The notes beneath the pieces were generated by a model. It did not search any database, had not been told where the DNA came from, and was given only the letters and a program-made list of their open reading frames with translations. Positions 50,506-60,362 of a stretch of 64,000 nt of DNA are shown in pieces (the first letter of the stretch is position 1; each line of letters opens with the position of its first letter). Made by a program: the position numbers and the translations under genes. This DNA comes from a virus (Duplodnaviria > Caudoviricetes), in the IMG/VR virus record IMGVR_UViG_3300021400_001366, positions 64,001 to 128,000 of that record. The stretch is one strand, 5' to 3'.

Positions 50506-50708
50506 TTCTTAAAGATATAATGCGTTTCATCTTTATGGAACCATGCGGTAATTTTGCCTGGTTTATCTTCGCTTTCCCAGATAAACTTCGGCTGCGCACC
50601 GTATCGCGTGTAGAAAATAATCTGTGAGAGGTTGCTGATGGCAATAAGGTTTTCACGGCCATAGCATTCAATCGCCTCATCCAGATTATTAAACTGGATT
50701 CTTTTCAT
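50481..50708 (-). CDS. Small DUF5659-like protein
   Basis: I.NL.Q..FY...G.QP......KI.AWF.K.ET...FKKW. Confidence 0.55.
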   Translation of the reverse strand: MKRIQFNNLDEAIECYGRENLIAISNLSQIIFYTRYGAQPKFIWESEDKPGKITAWFHKDETHYIFKKWMETKPK

Positions 50709-50800
50709 CTTATCTTTCTCCTTGATTGCGCAAAATAATGGGAGACAACATAAGCAATCAAGTCGCATTAGGTTATCTCCCTTATAACTCCAATAACAAC

Positions 50801-51091
50801 TTAATTACCCTCTTCTTTGATAGTCTCTTCATCAGTTGTTTTCTTCTTTTTCCTTCTTTTTCTCTTTGGCTTTTCTTCCTGAACAGGTTCAACTTGTTCT
50901 ATAACAGGCTCAAGCGGTTCAACGTAATCGTCAGGAACTACCAGATATTTGTTATCCTTGAATAGCACGGAAACGTAATTAGCCTTTCTTTTGATTGAAG
51001 GAACTTGTATTTGTTTGCCGTCAAAATCCAGAACGGTAACAAGTTCGTTATTCAGAATTACCTTGCAATTCTTTACCATATAAATCACCAT
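50801..51091 (-). CDS. Hypothetical protein with basic tail
   Basis: KPKRKRRKKK. Confidence 0.6.
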   Translation of the reverse strand: MVIYMVKNCKVILNNELVTVLDFDGKQIQVPSIKRKANYVSVLFKDNKYLVVPDDYVEPLEPVIEQVEPVQEEKPKRKRRKKKKTTDEETIKEEGN

Positions 51092-51097
51092 AGGGAA

Positions 51098-51120
51098 GGG
51101 GAGTCATAATAAGACTCCCC
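51098..51120. repeat. GGGGAGTC-N7-GACTCCCC palindrome, copy 4 (after tail tube)
   Basis: ggggagtc-ataataa-gactcccc. Confidence 0.85.
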
Positions 51121-51128
51121 ATTGTGAA

Positions 51129-51881
51129 TTAACCATTAACAGTTAGCTCGTCCTCGATCTCAACCATATCCAGAATGTTGCCATCCTTGTCCTCAAGCAG
51201 ATCGAAAGTCAGAGTCACGGACGCAGGATCGCCCTCAGAGCTAAAGGACAGCTCAAAGCTGCGCTGAATGGTAGCCTTGTAAGCAGTAATCAGGAAGGGA
51301 GTCAGAGTACCCTCTTCGTCCTTATCAAGAGTCTGCATGGTAATGAAGTAATCCTGCGGCAGATTGTCATTCTTAAAGGCAATCTTCTTAACGCCAGAAT
51401 TACGGCTCACCATGAAACCAACCTCATACTCTGAATCCACGGTCAAACCGGCAGAAGCAGAAATCTTGTCGGAAGCATAGGTGGCCTCAATAGCAGCGGA
51501 ATCGTCGCCAAAAGAACCAGCGGGGTACACGAACACGTCACCAGTCACAGTGCCACCAGTAAGAGCCAGAGGCAGCTCGCCAGCAGTAGTACACTTGATG
51601 GTACGATGCTCAGTATAAACGGCGTCACTAGAGATAGTGCCGTCAGACAGCAGAGCGAAGAACTTGAAAGGATAAACCTGAGCTTCGATGGTCATAGTAC
51701 CCTCCAAAGGATTCTGGAAAGCAATACGACGAGTACCCTTCGCCATAGCATACACGCTGTCACTGGTAACGCCAGCGGTAGTAGTATTGGCGGTGTCGAA
51801 CTTCAGGAAAGGAGCCATAGTTTTCAGGATGCGAATATCAACGTCACATACCTGTCGATTAGCCTTGTTGAGTTCAGGCAT
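51129..51881 (-). CDS. Major tail tube protein
   Basis: Position after head-tail genes; strongly biased codons; SFSSEGDPASVTLTFDLL. Confidence 0.8.
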   Translation of the reverse strand: MPELNKANRQVCDVDIRILKTMAPFLKFDTANTTTAGVTSDSVYAMAKGTRRIAFQNPLEGTMTIEAQVYPFKFFALLSDGTISSDAVYTEHRTIKCTTAGELPLALTGGTVTGDVFVYPAGSFGDDSAAIEATYASDKISASAGLTVDSEYEVGFMVSRNSGVKKIAFKNDNLPQDYFITMQTLDKDEEGTLTPFLITAYKATIQRSFELSFSSEGDPASVTLTFDLLEDKDGNILDMVEIEDELTVNG

Positions 51882-51898
51882 TGCATATTCCTCCTATT

Positions 51899-52708
51899 TT
51901 AAAAATCATCGTCTTTTTGTTTTTCTTGGTTGTTCTTATACCAAAGTGAAATATCGAATTTTTTACGGTCATCTCCCCATACGGAAACACGGGTACAGTC
52001 TATATCGTAAACAGCATTAACCTGCAAACGGTTAAACGAATCAATAAGCTGGAACAACGTCATGTCCCAAACGTTGATTGGATTAATAGACGGGTGCCTG
52101 TTTGAAATGGCAGACATGATGTTTGGCAAGCTGTAGTCAAGATTTGTTTGTTTCTGCTTAGCCTTTTCTCTTTCTGCTTGAGCCTTTTTCATTTTCTCAT
52201 ACATTTTTCTGGCAAGATCGTTTTTGAATGTGCGCTCTTTTTCTTCTTCCTTCTTGGTGTAAATGCAACATGTCTGCTGAATACATTCAAGGACGGATTG
52301 AAAATTCTTTTCAGAGATCACACCACGAACTGCTTCTTCTGTGAGGTGTTCAGCATCAAAACCTTCGTTCAAGAGGACAAATAGGTTTTTATAGTAGATC
52401 ACGTTTTCCTCAAAGAAGAAATCGAAAATTGAACGATACACACCTTGTAAATTCTCGTCATCAAGAATACAGTCATAAACAGTTAATGAGTCTCGCGTAT
52501 CTTCCGGTAGCGAATCCCATTTGCTTTCTTCTGATTCTCCAATGAACGATGTGTAGATTTCCTCTGGTGTGATTTTTAGAAAGGCTTCAAACATTGAAAA
52601 CTTGGGAAATGTTAGTTGAGATATTTCACGCATTGTTGGTTTTCTCAATGTGCCAACGGACAGCGGGATTGACACGGGGCTTAGTAACATACCGTAATCT
52701 AATTCCAT
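51899..52708 (-). CDS. Putative tail assembly chaperone
   Basis: WDMTLFQLIDSFNRL motif; position. Confidence 0.5.
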   Translation of the reverse strand: MELDYGMLLSPVSIPLSVGTLRKPTMREISQLTFPKFSMFEAFLKITPEEIYTSFIGESEESKWDSLPEDTRDSLTVYDCILDDENLQGVYRSIFDFFFEENVIYYKNLFVLLNEGFDAEHLTEEAVRGVISEKNFQSVLECIQQTCCIYTKKEEEKERTFKNDLARKMYEKMKKAQAEREKAKQKQTNLDYSLPNIMSAISNRHPSINPINVWDMTLFQLIDSFNRLQVNAVYDIDCTRVSVWGDDRKKFDISLWYKNNQEKQKDDDF

Positions 52709-53205
52709 TAAGATCGTTTCATCCTAAAATCTGGAACACTGAATGTTAGTAAGCGGCCATAAAACCTTCTTGAATTATAGAAGTCTACGCTGTCCAGGGT
52801 TAGACTTCCAATACCGAAACTATTAGCTATATCCTTATCATTGATAATAGCTCTCTCCACCATTTGAGTGAGTATGTCAACACGATCACCATAATAACCT
52901 TCTTTGTGGTAATCATCGATGATACTACGATGGCAAATCATATACATGATGATTTCACACTTCTTGGTCTGCGTGTGCAAATATGGAATACGGACATCAT
53001 AAAAAATGTAAGTTGACGTTTCGGTGAGAATTTCATCAACAAAAAGGTGGGAATCAACATGCTTCTTAAATTCTTTGCGGACTTCGCTTGGCTTCATAGC
53101 GCTTGTGTCGCCCAGAATCAAGTCGCGTATGTCATTGCTTTTATACAACGCTGTTTGGATAAGCGTCTTAAACTTGCCTAGTTCGGCAGTTGTATTTACT
53201 CTCAT
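52708..53205 (-). CDS. Putative tail terminator/completion protein
   Basis: Position; RVDIL...E..I...FGIG.L. Confidence 0.55.
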   Translation of the reverse strand: MRVNTTAELGKFKTLIQTALYKSNDIRDLILGDTSAMKPSEVRKEFKKHVDSHLFVDEILTETSTYIFYDVRIPYLHTQTKKCEIIMYMICHRSIIDDYHKEGYYGDRVDILTQMVERAIINDKDIANSFGIGSLTLDSVDFYNSRRFYGRLLTFSVPDFRMKRS

Positions 53206-53216
53206 AGGCCACCTTC

Positions 53217-54281
53217 TTAGAAGAACTCTCGAATAAAGATTTGCTTTGAAACTGGCGTATAACCATCTGCGGTTAATGTAAGCGTGAATGATTTGTTGGC
53301 AAGTTTATCATTGTCGGTTGAGATCAAGATAGAGTTATCGACGTAATCAACATCAAGCTCATAATCAAAGTCTATAGTCCATTCTGCGGTTGCCGTTATT
53401 TGTTTCCCGGTATCATCGTAGAATACGCCAATAAACTCTGTGGGTTCAAGCCCAATGAATACTTCATCTGATTCGCTCTGAATCTCACAAGTTAAAGCAC
53501 TAGCATCACTATTTTCTTCTGGTTCGCTACACAACCAATAACCTTGACCGTCTATAACGTAATAACCATCGTCGTAGTGCTGCTCAGTCTCATATATCAT
53601 GTATTCTGCATGACCGGAGTCTCCGTAATCATATAAAGCAGAATCACTTCTAGTAACACGATATACAAGAACCGGATTACTTGTGTCTTTAACTGTTCCT
53701 TCTGGGAATCTTCGCTCATAAACCTTGCAACGTCTATCAACGATAAACCTGACCTTGTTTGTATTTATCGTTACGCTTTCATCATCGTCGGGAATAACAA
53801 CTAATAGCTGGTCGCTTCGCACAGTAAAATTGTTGTTTGGCGTTTCACCGTTATTGTACTGAGAAGCAGACGTAATGTTAGCCCAACGCGAAACCGGCTT
53901 GCCAGCTTCATTAAGCCATGATAGCTTATAATTGCATATAGAAAGAATCGCTTTCTCGTATACCTTGTTATCATCGACGATGCCAACGATTATCCAGTAA
54001 CGGTCTTTATAGTAGACATACATGCCAGCTTTACAAGTGCCGATAGGAACCATCATATGGCGCGTCAATGTTTTTAACTTTGTATCTTGGGTTTTGTTGC
54101 CTATGATAGCTTTGATTGGTTTGCTTTCAGACAAATCATAGTTATACAAAACCACATCGTCGGCTATGTCGGATTCAAGTGTTTCCTCCAAGCCATCTTG
54201 ACCAAAGTCAGCTAATGCTTCTTCCTCAAAGCCGCTTAATATTTCGTGCGGTGGATGCATCAAGTACCATTCTTTAGACAC
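53217..54281 (-). CDS. Putative head-closure/connector protein with C-terminal Ig-like region
   Basis: Position; CN..LSW.NE.G. Confidence 0.55.
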   Translation of the reverse strand: MSKEWYLMHPPHEILSGFEEEALADFGQDGLEETLESDIADDVVLYNYDLSESKPIKAIIGNKTQDTKLKTLTRHMMVPIGTCKAGMYVYYKDRYWIIVGIVDDNKVYEKAILSICNYKLSWLNEAGKPVSRWANITSASQYNNGETPNNNFTVRSDQLLVVIPDDDESVTINTNKVRFIVDRRCKVYERRFPEGTVKDTSNPVLVYRVTRSDSALYDYGDSGHAEYMIYETEQHYDDGYYVIDGQGYWLCSEPEENSDASALTCEIQSESDEVFIGLEPTEFIGVFYDDTGKQITATAEWTIDFDYELDVDYVDNSILISTDNDKLANKSFTLTLTADGYTPVSKQIFIREFF

Positions 54282-54293
54282 TAGATCACCACC

Positions 54294-54683
54294 TTAAACA
54301 TAAGCAGTAGGAAGCATATTATTTATCATTAGCTCGGATTTACTAGAAACATAGTCTAGTTCATTCTTAGCAGCGGTCTTAGCATTTCCAGTCCCATCAA
54401 CCGACAATTCTTTCGTGACGATTGAAACACGCTTATTTACTTTTGAAACTTCTCGCTCCATGTACAACTCTTTCATGAAGTTGGCTAAAATATCGATAGC
54501 ATAACCATCAATATCCTCTGCAAACTCGCATGATTCGGCGTAATACTCAATCGGATCAATCTCGATAGAATAGCGTGATACGGCTTTCCGCAGCCAAAGC
54601 AATTCTAGCTCTAAAGGAATTACGGCTTTGTCGCGGAAGGACGATTCAAAGCTATCAATAACGTCTTGCGCTTTAGTAGCCAT
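54294..54683 (-). CDS. Putative head-tail adaptor
   Basis: Position; helical 129 aa. Confidence 0.55.
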   Translation of the reverse strand: MATKAQDVIDSFESSFRDKAVIPLELELLWLRKAVSRYSIEIDPIEYYAESCEFAEDIDGYAIDILANFMKELYMEREVSKVNKRVSIVTKELSVDGTGNAKTAAKNELDYVSSKSELMINNMLPTAYV

Positions 54684-54702
54684 AACCCTTCACCATCCTC
54701 GT

Positions 54703-55197
54703 TTATTCGTAAGAGAACCCTGTGGTCTTTTCTGCAAACCTAATCTTGTTGTAGTCGTTAATGTTCAGCCGTTTCACAGCATTAAGCAGAGCTTTGGCTT
54801 CAGCACGAGTAATGATTTCCTTCTTGAACTCTTCCTCGAACTGCTTTTGATTAGCGATACTAAACAGCTTCTTAACCTTTTCGTCAGTTAAGATATTCTG
54901 TTTCTTAGTGTCGGTTTCAAAACCAAGTTCCTTGCGAGTGGCGGCATCTTCTATGTAGAGATTAGCGTGGCTACCCATGCCATCAATGCCAGCCAGCAAA
55001 GTGTTGCCGGTCTGCACCTGCGCAATAATCTCATTGCGAGACAGCATTACAGTGCCATTAGGTACAATGCGCACGTCGCCAATACCATCGACAACACGGG
55101 CAAAATTCGCATCCCAGTCCGCGATATTGCGAACGGCAACCTTAACGTCAAGATTCAGGACTTCGGGTTCAGTTGATTCTTTCTTAGTTACAGCCAT
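54703..55197 (-). CDS. Hypothetical head-module protein
   Basis: 164 aa ORF with RBS. Confidence 0.7.
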   Translation of the reverse strand: MAVTKKESTEPEVLNLDVKVAVRNIADWDANFARVVDGIGDVRIVPNGTVMLSRNEIIAQVQTGNTLLAGIDGMGSHANLYIEDAATRKELGFETDTKKQNILTDEKVKKLFSIANQKQFEEEFKKEIITRAEAKALLNAVKRLNINDYNKIRFAEKTTGFSYE

Positions 55198-55234
55198 TTT
55201 GTATACATCCTCATTTCAACTATTGTTTGCGATT

Positions 55235-55447
55235 TCAACTAAAGTTTTTGTGTTTCATCTGATTGTATGTAGAAATCAGATTGTCAAGTCGCTGAGACTT
55301 CTTGAATACCCAATAGCGATTATTGCTTGACGGATTGATTTTTGAACTATAACAATGTTCATTGAATGCCGCCAAGAAGTGATAAAGGCGTATCGAGTAG
55401 CAGTAAAAATTCTCATCATCCGACCTGTATTTCTTTAGGTTTTCCAT
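55235..55447 (-). CDS. Small DUF5659-like protein
   Basis: FYCYS.RL..FL.......NP....YWVF.KS..L...I..Y. Confidence 0.6.
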   Translation of the reverse strand: MENLKKYRSDDENFYCYSIRLYHFLAAFNEHCYSSKINPSSNNRYWVFKKSQRLDNLISTYNQMKHKNFS

Positions 55448-55457
55448 TTTTACATTG

Positions 55458-55487
55458 AAAACACCCCGCCTGAAACATGGCGGGGTG
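55458..55487 (-). terminator. Intrinsic terminator after the major capsid gene
   Basis: CACCCCGCC-loop-GGCGGGGTG-TTTT on - strand. Confidence 0.75.
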
Positions 55488-55502
55488 CTAGTTGTAGTTT
55501 AA

Positions 55503-56618
55503 TTACAGAGAGGCGACGGGAGTCAGGTTGGTGTCGAGCAGTACACCAATACGGTGCTCCTGACCCTTGGCAACATCCGCGGCCATTTCTAAATCGAAGC
55601 GCGTTAAAACCTTACCAGTCTTAATATCGTTTCCGGTAAGAGAGGTGATGTTGCCCCTCGTCCAGGTCGCAATCGGAGACTGGACACCAGACGGCACGAT
55701 GAACGCCAGGCCCTGGGGCAGCAGAGTCTCAAAGTTGGTGCCAGCGGCGTTCAGCTTGTACTCGTTGTAGGGGTTCGGCATCTCAGCCAGGATAGCGCCG
55801 TTGTAGGTGGACAGCAGACCGTTGGCCTGAATCTCGTTCATAACCTTCTCGGAAATGCCAGCCACATTCACGGTGGAATTGCCCACGGTGTTCACGGCAG
55901 CATAGCCAGCCCAAGGAGTGAACTGAGACAGCACGGCGTAGTCACCGATAACGGTGGGACGGCCATTGCGACGCACGTTGTTCAGGATAGCGTCAACACC
56001 AGTCTTGGTCAGACCAGCGAACTCGCCCCAATACTTCACGCCAGTGGCGTACTTGATCGCATTGTACACCTTGCGGATGATCGCGGCCTTGGCCTTGTTC
56101 AGCATGTCAATGCGCACATGAGCCATGCCCTCGTTCTCCTTGGACATATCGCCCAGAGCAACGCGACGATAGTCAACCGCATAGCCACCAGAGATGGTGA
56201 AGGTCGGCACGGCATAGACTTCCTTTGTGATCGCCGGGAACACAACATCGCCGGAAACAGCCTGCTCACGAGAATACTCGCCAGCCTCATGATAGACTTC
56301 GCGCTCAATAGTCTCGTCATAGCCAACAGCCTGATAAGAACCGAAGATGGACAGCAGCTTGATTTCCTCCATGATGGGAGTCTCAACGACAAAGCGACGC
56401 AGAGTGTTCAGCTCAGCAACAGCCACGGGATCGCCATTATCAGCGCGAGAACCCAGATCCTTGATGTAATTAACAGCCTTGTCAGCCTTTGCGCCAAAGC
56501 GGGACAGTTCCTCGCCGTTCACCATCGCGGTAAAAATCTCAACAACGGGAGAGTTCTTAGTGAAAGTGCCAGCAAACAGATCGGAATCCTTGCGCACGTT
56601 ATTCATTTCAGTAATCAT
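55503..56618 (-). CDS. Major capsid protein
   Basis: 371 aa, strongly biased codons, after protease and decoration genes, followed by terminator. Confidence 0.8.
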   Translation of the reverse strand: MITEMNNVRKDSDLFAGTFTKNSPVVEIFTAMVNGEELSRFGAKADKAVNYIKDLGSRADNGDPVAVAELNTLRRFVVETPIMEEIKLLSIFGSYQAVGYDETIEREVYHEAGEYSREQAVSGDVVFPAITKEVYAVPTFTISGGYAVDYRRVALGDMSKENEGMAHVRIDMLNKAKAAIIRKVYNAIKYATGVKYWGEFAGLTKTGVDAILNNVRRNGRPTVIGDYAVLSQFTPWAGYAAVNTVGNSTVNVAGISEKVMNEIQANGLLSTYNGAILAEMPNPYNEYKLNAAGTNFETLLPQGLAFIVPSGVQSPIATWTRGNITSLTGNDIKTGKVLTRFDLEMAADVAKGQEHRIGVLLDTNLTPVASL

Positions 56619-56656
56619 ATCGTTATTCCTTCCTTTCGATTAGTAATAACTAACTA

Positions 56657-57074
56657 TTAAGCCTTGCAAATAAGCACCTTAACAGCAGCCTCGGTCAGAG
56701 TAACCTTATCGGTGATCTTGAAGTAGATACCAGATTCGGGAGCGTCATCAGCAACCTCCAGCTTGCCAGCGCTGGTCACGGTCAGGATGTCATCAGCAGC
56801 CAGATCATCATAAGACTTACCGGAAGCATAAGCGATATGCTTGCTGTCCACGATGAGCTTCTGGCCAATCCAAGCATCCACCTGGAAACCACGCATGAAC
56901 TCGCCAGCGGGAATCTCGTAGTCATAAACATAAGAGGCGTCGCCGGTAGGCTCATTAGCAATCAGGTACAGAATATCATTATCGGTAATAAAAGAGAAAT
57001 TAGCAGTAGCAGTATTAGAAGTCAGAACGGGGTTGTTCTTGGAGACTTCGATCATGCCCACAGTTTCCATCTTA
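56657..57074 (-). CDS. Putative head decoration protein, exon 2 (spliced MIKMETVG..., 140 aa; exon 1 = 57414..57418)
   Basis: Strong RBS lies upstream of 57418, not 57070; splice ATGAT|TAAG restores frame. Confidence 0.8.
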
Positions 57075-57413
57075 CGTCGCGTTTATCTAAGGTTCGCTAA
57101 ACCTAGCAAGTCAAATGACTTCACGTACTTTCATACGTGTCCAGACTATATCTTCATCTTTCCAATATTGGTTAAGATGCCCTCCACTTCGACTACGCTT
57201 GTAGTCTACTTCCTCACGGAATAGTCGTTGAGCTTTACCCTGTTCGGGTCTTAGTTGCTGATTTCCCAATCCAATAACTTTTAAAGCATTCACGTTCAGG
57301 CATATTTCATCCTCGCGTTGTAGCATATTGGCTCTAAGGGGTTTCCAGCAGTTCAAAGGGATTCGCCGCATCCTTTCGATATGCGGTGGACTATGCACAC
57401 CAAAGTGTGCTTA
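57075..57413 (-). ncRNA. Group I intron (339 nt, ORF-less) in codon 2 of the head decoration gene
   Basis: P1 gat|ta..tagtc; AACTGCTGGAAA, AATCAGCAAC, AACGACTA, AAGATATAGTCT; terminal G57075. Confidence 0.92.
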
Positions 57414-57440
57414 ATCATTTTGTTTTCCTCCTATTCAAAA

Positions 57441-58691
57441 TTAGAAAATGTTATCATCTTCGACAACCTTGGTGTTGCCCATGTCGATTTCACCAAAGAT
57501 GTCAACCTCAGTCTCATGGTTCGCAGAGTTCTGTTCAGCGATATGAGTTTCAGCAGCTTCCTTAGCCTTTTCGCCAATCTTCATCAGAATCTTGTCGGTG
57601 ATAGAATTGATCTCAGAAGAAATAGGATCAGCGGTAAAAGCGTCAATCTCTTCCTTAGCATAAGCGCGTTCCTCATCGGTAAAACGAGACAGCGCGGCGT
57701 TCATCTCGCCCAGACGCTCACGAGCCTTGGCTTCGCCCAGAGCATCTTCCAGAGCCTTGCGCTCTTCATGCAGAGCCATATACTTCTTGTCAAGTTCATC
57801 GTATTCCTTGCGCAGTTCATCGAGCGCGGCCTGAATCTTCTCAGAGTTGGCAATGATTTCGTTCTTTTCGGTGATAGCGGCTTCGACAGCAGCGTTCGCT
57901 TCCGCGATCTTGGCTTCAGCATTAGCATTGGCCTCGGCAATCTTAGCCTCGCAATCAGCCTTGCATTCATTCAGTTCAGTAGTATGTGAAGCCATTTCAT
58001 TGATAGTCTGCTCAATCAAAGCCTTGATTTCGGACTCATTCATTTGGCATTCATCCTCCTTTTTATTCAGTTCAATTAATTTTGCTTGAGAATCGGCGGC
58101 TTCAACGCCTAAAAGCGCCACGCCAGAATAGATGAACTCAGAAGGTATGCGGCCATCAGGTTTATAACCATACTTATAAATGATACCGTCGTTATCTTCT
58201 GTCCTGCAAATCTCGACACTACATGACGGGTATTCACCATCCTCAATGTCTGCAAAGAGTTTTTCAACGAAATTCTTATAACACATCTCGTCAATGAAAC
58301 CTTCGCCCATCATAACGGTATGTTCGCCGTCATCATCTGAGACTGTATCAATATATCCTTTTGTGAAGTGTCCAATCTCAACAGCGTTTTCAAATGTTGG
58401 CAACCCGTCAACAATTCCAGTATCACCATGACCAGCTATCTCTGTACGATCTTCGTCAAGAAATTCAACACGCAGCGGCATATCTGTAATGGTAGGCATA
58501 GCCTTTTCGCAATATTCACTAATCCATGTGATACCATTTTTGTTATATACAGTGCCAGCCTCATTTTCTTCATCAACGGTGTTGTCAGGATAAATTTCAT
58601 GCAAGACCAGTTTAAACTTCCTGCGTCCATTCTTGGCCACGCGCTTAGACATTTCAAACGTTTTCAATTTTCCACCACCTTTCTCAAGCAT
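57441..58691 (-). CDS. Prohead protease / scaffold fusion
   Basis: NKNGITW, GHG, SCSVEI, G.ALLG...AD; C-terminal coiled coil. Confidence 0.75.
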   Translation of the reverse strand: MLEKGGGKLKTFEMSKRVAKNGRRKFKLVLHEIYPDNTVDEENEAGTVYNKNGITWISEYCEKAMPTITDMPLRVEFLDEDRTEIAGHGDTGIVDGLPTFENAVEIGHFTKGYIDTVSDDDGEHTVMMGEGFIDEMCYKNFVEKLFADIEDGEYPSCSVEICRTEDNDGIIYKYGYKPDGRIPSEFIYSGVALLGVEAADSQAKLIELNKKEDECQMNESEIKALIEQTINEMASHTTELNECKADCEAKIAEANANAEAKIAEANAAVEAAITEKNEIIANSEKIQAALDELRKEYDELDKKYMALHEERKALEDALGEAKARERLGEMNAALSRFTDEERAYAKEEIDAFTADPISSEINSITDKILMKIGEKAKEAAETHIAEQNSANHETEVDIFGEIDMGNTKVVEDDNIF

Positions 58692-58724
58692 ACTTATTTG
58701 TTAAAGAAATTGTTTTCTATTAAC

Positions 58725-60347
58725 CTATTTGTCGGATGGGGTAACTAGCTGATTGCCGCCGTTACTCCTAGATAGAATTGTGTTATCTGTCGGTTCATCC
58801 GTTTCAGGTCTGCCGCCTTTACTTGTTGATGTATCTTTACCAGATAAGGTAAAGCTAGTTTGATGCGGCTTTAGACGGTCGAACAACCCCGATTCAAGTT
58901 CCTGATCGCACAAAGCGAAGTAGGCATCCGGTTCCACACCACATGCGGCAATCCAAAGCGATAAGCTGCCACAACCTTGCAAATACAATTCCTTGGCATA
59001 AGTTACCATGTTCTTCTTGTTCAGATAGGTAATCGGCAGATATTTCACTTCAACCCAATTTCGAGAATCCTTGATAACACATGCGTTGATGCACTTGTTT
59101 AATTCGGACTCGATCTGCTCAACCCACTGGAACACCTGGGAAGTGACTAACTCTAAGTTGGTCTGCTGCGCTGAATAGCTGCCGCTTCCCGAACCAGACA
59201 GAGCATTGCCAGCAAAACCAAGCGCCAACGAAATCTTATTATCAAGATCGGCTTCGTTCTTTTCATCGAAAATGTCCGTATCTGTAGTTTCCAGTTGATT
59301 GATCTTTGTGCCAGCCGCAACAGAGAAGAATGAAACGCCGCCACGGTTATTCTTAGTCATAACAGCGCTCTTGACTGAATCGTGCTGATGCTGTTGCTGT
59401 TGCTTGGTCAAAGCAGAAGTACCTTTATCTTTTCCTTCTGGGAACGTCTGATATATGATTCTATTGTTGATCTCGTCTAATACGCCGCGCTTAGTGCCAG
59501 TGAAGTAATCACGATACAGAATATCATTGATAGCAGCTAAAACCAGCGGACGGCCAAAAGGCTCATTCATCTTTGAGCGAATCTTATGAACAATAGTGTG
59601 ATTGCAATCCAAGACAACCCAATTACCAGAATCGGGATTCTTCGGCCTATTGTGTTTATAGTATGCATCGCGTATTTCTTTTGGGTACTTCTTCAACTTG
59701 CGCTCAACGGGTTCAAGCGTATTGATCGTGAAGTAATCCAGATTAAATGCAATGACATAAGATGAATTTTTGCGCCCGACTATTCTGGTATAATCAACAG
59801 GTAGGGGAATGATACTGACGTTCATGCCGAGGTCGTTCAGTTCAACGATGCTATTAACGTCATAATCTGTCAGAGTCTTCTTATTGTCTATCGGCATTGG
59901 GATTGTCTCAAAGTAGTAAAAGGCAAGACCTTCAACCATTCCTTTAAACAATGCGTCGCGTACAACTTCCTTATCCTTGATAGACCTGAGAACAACATCC
60001 ATTTTGTCTTTGTTCAGCTTCTTTTTATTGTCACTCTTTCCATGTGGCACAACCACCCGACTGAGTGTGGGAAGTGAAGTCATGTAGTCAACTACGTTAG
60101 TATAGCTTCCGTTTGTGCCGTAGAGTGTCAGAGAAATGTCCCTGAGAATTTCATTGTTACCCATTGGGTCTTTGACAATGTTCTGGAGTTGTTCAGCCGA
60201 ATAAAGGTCTAGCAGATTAAATGAATAAGTAGCGTTCGCGCTAACTGAAACAGACCTGCTCACATATGAATTAAATTCGTTTACTTTCTTAGGTTCGTTT
60301 TCCGACCTTTTAGGAGGACGGTTCTTATAATTATTTGGTTTTGTCAT
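58725..60347 (-). CDS. Portal protein
   Basis: 540 aa directly after terminase; P.QTSFT.S...GGRP C-terminus. Confidence 0.8.
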   Translation of the reverse strand: MTKPNNYKNRPPKRSENEPKKVNEFNSYVSRSVSVSANATYSFNLLDLYSAEQLQNIVKDPMGNNEILRDISLTLYGTNGSYTNVVDYMTSLPTLSRVVVPHGKSDNKKKLNKDKMDVVLRSIKDKEVVRDALFKGMVEGLAFYYFETIPMPIDNKKTLTDYDVNSIVELNDLGMNVSIIPLPVDYTRIVGRKNSSYVIAFNLDYFTINTLEPVERKLKKYPKEIRDAYYKHNRPKNPDSGNWVVLDCNHTIVHKIRSKMNEPFGRPLVLAAINDILYRDYFTGTKRGVLDEINNRIIYQTFPEGKDKGTSALTKQQQQHQHDSVKSAVMTKNNRGGVSFFSVAAGTKINQLETTDTDIFDEKNEADLDNKISLALGFAGNALSGSGSGSYSAQQTNLELVTSQVFQWVEQIESELNKCINACVIKDSRNWVEVKYLPITYLNKKNMVTYAKELYLQGCGSLSLWIAACGVEPDAYFALCDQELESGLFDRLKPHQTSFTLSGKDTSTSKGGRPETDEPTDNTILSRSNGGNQLVTPSDK

Positions 60348-60362
60348 CTGCGCCCTCCTTTC

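Noticed and set aside
57111-57398. 95-aa ORF on - strand
   Set aside because: Lies wholly within the group I intron core; translation of conserved RNA motifs (LNCWKPL, GNQQ, QRL, DIV) with no RBS
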